A stretch of 32,000 nt of DNA. Source: Planctopirus limnophila DSM 3776 (GTDB lineage Bacteria; Planctomycetota; Planctomycetia; Planctomycetales; Planctomycetaceae). Made by a program: the position numbers and the translations under genes. The notes beneath the pieces were generated by a model. It saw only the letters and a program-made list of their open reading frames with translations. It had not been told where the DNA came from and made no database searches. Within the stretch, counting starts at the first letter, position 1. Every line of letters begins with the position of its first letter. Location: assembly GCF_000092105.1 (NCBI RefSeq), contig NC_014148.1, positions 1,740,001-1,772,000 of the forward strand. The letters run 5' to 3'. Positions 27,623 through 32,000 of the stretch are shown one piece after another.

Positions 27623-28504
27623 GTGAGAGAGATTGGTGTTCTCGATGACGTTCAGCAGGCCGATCTACTGGCAGATTTTCTGCTGTCAAAAGGCATCAAA
27701 TGTCATATCGATAACGACAAATCTCAGTTCGTGCTGTGGGCGCTGGATGATGATCTCGTGGCAAAAGCCAAAGAACATCTGCTGGCCTTCAAAGCCAACC
27801 CTCTCGATCCGGTTTATGCCGATGGGGCCAAAGCGGCCCGGCAGATTCGCAAAGAGGAACTCGCCAGGCGAAAGCAATATCGCAAGAACGTCAAAGACAT
27901 CCGCTCATCATGGAGTCTTGCTCCCACGACTGGCCCGACATTTGTCTCTGCACTCTTGCTCTCGATCTGCCTGATAGTGGGATATCTGACATGGTTAGGT
28001 CAGGCCGGAAACACGATTACGCCCTGGTTGCTCTTCTCGACTGACATGAACTGGAGCGAATTGAAAGAGGGTGAACTCTGGCGGCTGATTACTCCCATTT
28101 TCCTGCATTTTGGATTGATGCATATTCTCTTTAACGCCATGTGGCTGGTCAGTTTGGGCCCCCTGATCGAACGACGCAATGGATCATTTTGGCTGTTGGG
28201 GTTTGTGTTGATCACGGGCATTGCTTCGAACTTTGCTCAGGCTTATTTCGTCAGCCCGGCATTTGGCGGCTTCAGCGGAGTGAATTATGGACTGATTGGC
28301 TATGCCTGGATCATGGGACGGAGAGCACCCGGTTCTGGCATCAGGCTCTCCCCGCAATCGGCAGGGTTAGCCATTGCCTGGGGACTATTAGGGATTGCCG
28401 GTGAGTTTGTTCATCATGAATCGTGGATGGCCAACTGGGCACATGGTGTAGGCTTTGCAGTCGGTTGTTTCTGGGCATGGGCTGAAACTGAAAAGAGCAG
28501 GTAA
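27623..28504 (+). CDS. Rhomboid-family intramembrane serine protease (GlpG-like, with N-terminal cytoplasmic domain)
   Basis: It has WRLITPIFLHFGLMHILFNAMWL (the HxxxN region), the catalytic Ser in GGFSGVNYGLIGY and the catalytic His in NWAHGVGFAVG. The start is GTG 27623, 32 nt after the hrpA stop. Confidence 0.85.
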   Translation: MREIGVLDDVQQADLLADFLLSKGIKCHIDNDKSQFVLWALDDDLVAKAKEHLLAFKANPLDPVYADGAKAARQIRKEELARRKQYRKNVKDIRSSWSLAPTTGPTFVSALLLSICLIVGYLTWLGQAGNTITPWLLFSTDMNWSELKEGELWRLITPIFLHFGLMHILFNAMWLVSLGPLIERRNGSFWLLGFVLITGIASNFAQAYFVSPAFGGFSGVNYGLIGYAWIMGRRAPGSGIRLSPQSAGLAIAWGLLGIAGEFVHHESWMANWAHGVGFAVGCFWAWAETEKSR

Positions 28505-28514
28505 TGGATCCCCG

Positions 28515-29225
28515 ATGGTTGAGCCTCTGGAACATTTGAATCAACACATTGTCAGCTGTGAGCGCTGCCCGCGATTACGCGCATGGTGCCAGGATGTGGC
28601 CCGCGAAAAGAAACGCGAGTTTATGGCCGACAACTATTGGGGGCGGCCAGTACCCAATCTGTTACCCATACCAACACAAACTCATGTTGGCAAACTGCTG
28701 ATTATCGGGCTGGCACCGGCTGCCCATGGTGCCAATCGCACCGGGAGAATGTTTACGGGAGACCGCAGTGGCGAGTGGCTGTATCGCGCTCTGCATAAAG
28801 CAGGCTTTGCGAATCAGCCCGCCAGCCGACATCTCGATGATGGTTTAACTCTCTCCCGCTGTGCAATAACAGCCGTCTGTCATTGTGCACCACCTGATAA
28901 CAAGCCCGGCAAATTGGAGATTGTGAACTGCCAGGAGTATCTCACCCAGACGATCGAGTTCTTCAAGCCGCAGGTTTTTCTGGCACTGGGGCAGATTGCC
29001 TGGAAAAGTTTAATGGACCACGCCAAAGCTCATGAGCTACTTTCCAGCCAGCCAGTCAAATTCGCTCATGGCGCCTCAATCACTTTCAATGACGGGCGAA
29101 GTGGCCTGGCCAGTTATCATCCCAGTCAGCAGAACACCTTCACAGGCAGGCTCACCGAACCGATGTTCGACAGCATTTTTGCGGAGGCCCATCGTCTGCT
29201 GGAGATCACTGACCGCCCGAGTTGA
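28515..29225 (+). CDS. Uracil-DNA glycosylase superfamily protein, family-5 (UdgB)-like
   Basis: It has N-terminal Cys ligands (CERCPRLRAWC) and motif 1 as IIGLAPAAHGANRTGRMFTGDRSG. That GLAPA form lacks the polar catalytic residue of families 1 and 4. The C-terminal motif is ASYHPSQQN. I prefer ATG 28515, and the track ORF 28455 overlaps the rhomboid 3' end. Confidence 0.8.
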   Translation: MVEPLEHLNQHIVSCERCPRLRAWCQDVAREKKREFMADNYWGRPVPNLLPIPTQTHVGKLLIIGLAPAAHGANRTGRMFTGDRSGEWLYRALHKAGFANQPASRHLDDGLTLSRCAITAVCHCAPPDNKPGKLEIVNCQEYLTQTIEFFKPQVFLALGQIAWKSLMDHAKAHELLSSQPVKFAHGASITFNDGRSGLASYHPSQQNTFTGRLTEPMFDSIFAEAHRLLEITDRPS

Positions 29226-29233
29226 TGGACCCG

Positions 29234-30067
29234 CTATAGTAAACCTAATGTTTTGAGCAGTTCTGTTTGCGAAAGGTAGTTTGGTGTCAGGAGTTGAACT
29301 CCGGCAGGCTTTAACTGTGCTGATTTTTCGTGGTCAATTACCCACGGATTGAGTTCTTCACCCACGATGCCAATGGGATACCCCCCCAACTGACGGCACG
29401 CACGAATTTCTGTCACTCCGTCTCCAAAGGCGACCATTTCCTGCGGTGAACAGTTGGTCTTTGCCAACCATTCGGCCATGACGGCCTGTTTGCTGAAGAC
29501 GACAGGCCCGTCATCTGGTGCGTAAACTTGATCTTCGAAAAAATGACTCAGCCCCAGTTGTCCCAGTTCATGAACGACATCCGGTCGATAAGTGCCACTT
29601 GCCAGCACAAGAGTCACATTTCGATTGGCGAGGGCTTCCAGAAACTGATGAGCCCCCGGCAAGGCGAGATCAGCAATGGTCTTCTCACCACGACTCAGCT
29701 TTTCGAGACGATTATCAATCGTTTGTCTCAAATCGCGAGCGAACTCGTCGAAGTAATATCTGGGATGTTCTGGCGTTCCACCACGGGTGAGAATTGAGTT
29801 GGCCAGCCGTTCCATCTGCAGGATCGTGGGCTGCCCATTGAGCGAAAGAATCTCTGTGCGCAATTGGGGAATCAGATGTTCCCGCTGCTCCTGCGGAGTA
29901 AATGTGGGTGCAAGATGCTTGAGCATCATTTCGAGCATGATCGGTAGCCAGCCAGCCCGGACGAGGCTTAATGTCCCATCGAAGTCAAAGACAACCAGTC
30001 GCACCGGGACATCGACCGATCGTGACGAAACGACTTCCAGCACAGATTCCACTCCACAAGATTCCAT
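29234..30067 (-). CDS. HAD-superfamily hydrolase (probable phosphatase)
   Basis: It has HAD motif I (LVVFDFDGTLS), motif II (LVLASGT), a motif III Lys (FSKQ) and motif IV (AFGDGVTE). A large cap insertion sits between motifs I and II. Confidence 0.75.
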   Translation of the reverse strand: MESCGVESVLEVVSSRSVDVPVRLVVFDFDGTLSLVRAGWLPIMLEMMLKHLAPTFTPQEQREHLIPQLRTEILSLNGQPTILQMERLANSILTRGGTPEHPRYYFDEFARDLRQTIDNRLEKLSRGEKTIADLALPGAHQFLEALANRNVTLVLASGTYRPDVVHELGQLGLSHFFEDQVYAPDDGPVVFSKQAVMAEWLAKTNCSPQEMVAFGDGVTEIRACRQLGGYPIGIVGEELNPWVIDHEKSAQLKPAGVQLLTPNYLSQTELLKTLGLL

Positions 30068-30163
30068 AAAAGATTTTCTTGATGAATTGAATCCGAGTAA
30101 TGTTCAATACGCCAGCCACAATCCCCCGCAAGCACTGATTTAAGTCACTTGAAGGATTCGAAA

Positions 30164-31120
30164 ATGTACCAGATGGGAATTGAAATCGGAGGAACCAAAC
30201 TTCAATTGGCTGTCGGTCAAGCTGGCGAAACCAGTTTCATAGAAGTCGTACGGCATGAGATCGACCGGTCTCTGGGAGCCCCCAGCATTTTGGGTCTCTT
30301 GGAAAATGAAGTTCCCAGGCTGTGCCAGAAGTATCAGATCAGTGGTGTGGGCGTGGGTTTTGGCGGCCCCGTCTGGTCTGATCAAGGGATAGTGCAGACC
30401 TCACATCAGGTTCGTGGCTGGGATCACTTTCCATTGGGAAACTGGCTTCATGAACGGTCAGGTTGCCCCGTTATCCTGGCCAATGACTGTGACACGGCTG
30501 GTCTGGCTGAAGCTCGATTTGGAGCCGGGGTGGGCAAATCGTCGATGTTCTTTATTACTGTAGGGACAGGAATTGGTGGCGGGCTGATTCTCAATGGCCG
30601 TATTCATGGCACTTCGCGACCGGCTGCTGCAGAGATCGGGCATTTGCGACCCGGTCTCGATGCCTGCAGCCCGAGCCAGACAATTGAAGCTTTGGCAGCA
30701 GGGCCGGCGATCAGTGAGTTCACGGCCCGCCAGCTGCGTGTACTGACGGAAACCGAAACGCTCTCTTCGGATGCTCGAGAGATTCTGGACAGTTGCGAAG
30801 GAGATCTTGATCGCCTCACAACCCGGCTGTTGGGAATTCACGCTGGCAATGGCAACAGCATTGCCCTGCGAGCGTTTGCCGAGGCGGCTCATGCTCTCGG
30901 CTGGGGCATTGCTCAGATGATCACATTGATCGCCCCAGAGAGAGTGGTCATCGGCGGAGGTGTGTCTCTCACGAAACCGCACGTCTTTCTCGAACCACTC
31001 GCCAAGTTCACGGAAACATACGTCTTCGGTCAACTGAAAGACTCTTATGACATTGTCCCCGCTGCACTGGGGGAGACTGTTGTCCTGCACGGAGCCTTGG
31101 CACTTGCCCAGAATGCCTGA
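30164..31120 (+). CDS. ROK-family sugar kinase-like protein (glucokinase-like)
   Basis: It has GIEIGGTKLQLAV (phosphate 1), VILANDCDTAGLAEARFGAG, FITVGTGIGGGLILNGRIHG and AAEIGH. I prefer ATG 30164, with GAAGGA upstream, over TTG 30149. The CxCGxxGC zinc motif is not intact (see findings). Confidence 0.8.
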   Translation: MYQMGIEIGGTKLQLAVGQAGETSFIEVVRHEIDRSLGAPSILGLLENEVPRLCQKYQISGVGVGFGGPVWSDQGIVQTSHQVRGWDHFPLGNWLHERSGCPVILANDCDTAGLAEARFGAGVGKSSMFFITVGTGIGGGLILNGRIHGTSRPAAAEIGHLRPGLDACSPSQTIEALAAGPAISEFTARQLRVLTETETLSSDAREILDSCEGDLDRLTTRLLGIHAGNGNSIALRAFAEAAHALGWGIAQMITLIAPERVVIGGGVSLTKPHVFLEPLAKFTETYVFGQLKDSYDIVPAALGETVVLHGALALAQNA

Positions 31121-31327
31121 AGAGGACGCCTGGCTCTTGAGATGAAACAACTGATGAGATGACGCAACTGACAACGCCATAATGACAATCACGGCCTTGC
31201 TCTAGAGTTAGCGATGTGTGGTCATCAACTCTTGAGGAAAGCCGTGATGGATTTGGCTGAAAAATCGGGTGTTACTCAAACAGGTGTTGCTCAACCTGCG
31301 AGCCGACCAATTCTGTTTGCTTGCGAA

Positions 31328-31513
31328 TTACTTGGCAGCTTCGAGCTGGCGAAGTGTTTCACTCATGACAGCCACTTGGTTATTGAAGCGGTTGGAGTGA
31401 AACATGAAGGTTGCCCGCTTGACAGAGCTACCAGCAATATTGGCAAGGTTCGAATACTTGGCAGCCAGAGCCTTCTTGACTTCGATCTTGTTCTTCAAAA
31501 CTTTCAGAGACAT
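31328..31513 (-). CDS. Hypothetical small lysine-rich protein (61 aa)
   Basis: The ATG 31513 ORF reads MSLKVLKNKIEVKKALAAKYSNLANIAGSSVKRATFMFHSNRFNNQVAVMSETLRQLEAAK. Its codon choice (AAG, GCT, GTC, ATC, AAC) looks coding and possibly highly expressed. I recognise no family. The competing + strand ORF 31214..31552 looks like its shadow. Confidence 0.4.
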   Translation of the reverse strand: MSLKVLKNKIEVKKALAAKYSNLANIAGSSVKRATFMFHSNRFNNQVAVMSETLRQLEAAK

Positions 31514-31725
31514 GTTCAATCATCCATTCAGCAAAGCAATGATCATCAATAAAGAGACACACTTCCGGGGTGGCTCTGTAAGTTGTGGGAGAATAACACG
31601 TTGCTTCCGCTTTGTCACGTCTGACGAGGTGATCCTTCGGCGGGCTCACGAGAGCTGGCCAACGGCGGACTTCGTTATGCCCGAATTTTGTTCAGAAGCA
31701 TTTCAAATTGAGACTGAGCAGGTGG

Positions 31726-32000
31726 TCAGGAAGCGACGGTGATTGACTTAACCTCAAACATGGGAAGGAGATTCGTCAATCGGAGGACCTGCTGGATATC
31801 TTCGCTCGGATTATAAAGTTCGATCCTGTCAACCTGCTTTCGCAAGGTTGTGAGCAAGCCGAGCATGCCACTGGGCATTAATTTGACGCCACTGCAGTCA
31901 AATGCGAGGACTGAACAAGTGTTGTCTTCGAGTAGTTTTCGCAATTGCTCGCGATAGGAAGCAATGCAGACTTCATCGGGAACATCCTGCCCGCCAAAAC
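31726..32000 (-). CDS. STAS-domain protein (anti-sigma-factor-antagonist-like), C-terminal part; the 5' end lies beyond the window
   Basis: The reverse frame is open to the window end: ...FGGQDVPDEVCIASYREQLRKLLEDNTCSVLAFDCSGVKLMPSGMLGLLTTLRKQVDRIELYNPSEDIQQVLRLTNLLPMFEV. The pattern 'vvlD.s.v..i.SsglG.L..l.k......l.l......v..vl.lt.l...f' is SpoIIAA/STAS-like. The track start at 31944 is a TTG inside this open frame. Confidence 0.7.
   Translation of the reverse strand, partial: FGGQDVPDEVCIASYREQLRKLLEDNTCSVLAFDCSGVKLMPSGMLGLLTTLRKQVDRIELYNPSEDIQQVLRLTNLLPMFEVKSITVAS

Noticed and set aside
30458-31192. 244-aa antisense ORF opposite the ROK kinase gene
   Set aside because: The + strand has unambiguous ROK motifs. 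The antisense product has no recognisable features and is best explained as a codon-bias shadow.
31385-31470. tRNA-like T-loop sequence GGTTCGAAT at 31447-31455
   Set aside because: The flanking T-stem pairs only 4 bp. No complementary acceptor arm (TGGCTGC) exists about 65 nt upstream. The site lies inside a coding-looking ORF. It is not a tRNA.
31214-31552. 112-aa + strand ORF overlapping the small minus-strand ORF
   Set aside because: The sequence (MCGHQLLRKAV...) has no motif and poorer codon usage than the minus-strand frame, so it is probably the shadow. Confidence in either strand is modest.

Overview
This is a chromosomal, housekeeping-type window with about 24 protein-coding genes on both strands. 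I saw no rRNA, tRNA, CRISPR array, transposase, integrase or phage gene. Gene content and the long spacers weakly suggest a Planctomycetota-like genome, but that is inference only. All calls come from reading motifs by eye, with no database search. Confident calls: a partial FdhF/YdeP-type molybdopterin oxidoreductase, arfB, dapA, a 3-hydroxyisobutyrate-dehydrogenase-family reductase, priA, an M42 aminopeptidase, an AddA/RecB-like helicase-nuclease, an HtrA/DegP protease, mtnA, a ThuA-domain protein, a SAM methyltransferase, hrpA, a rhomboid protease, a family-5-like uracil-DNA glycosylase, a HAD hydrolase and a ROK kinase. The main finding is a 588-aa ORF (6645-8411) that fuses a form-IV RuBisCO-like protein to a C-terminal cupin domain. 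An RLP and a separate cupin act consecutively in the Rhodospirillum rubrum MTA-isoprenoid shunt, and mtnA, which makes the RLP substrate, lies about 12 kb away. The second finding is a GspE/PilB-family secretion ATPase homologue (2263-3621) that has lost the Walker A lysine, the Walker B glutamate and the His-box histidine but keeps the tetracysteine motif. It has no pilus or secretion neighbours, so it looks like an orphan pseudo-ATPase. Lesser items are a ~1 kb gene-less region upstream of htrA, several perfect inverted repeats in spacers, a tight HtrA-MEKHLA pair, an orphan AddA-like gene, a ROK kinase lacking the zinc motif, and a few small ORFs. I cannot tell whether any of these architectures is already described.
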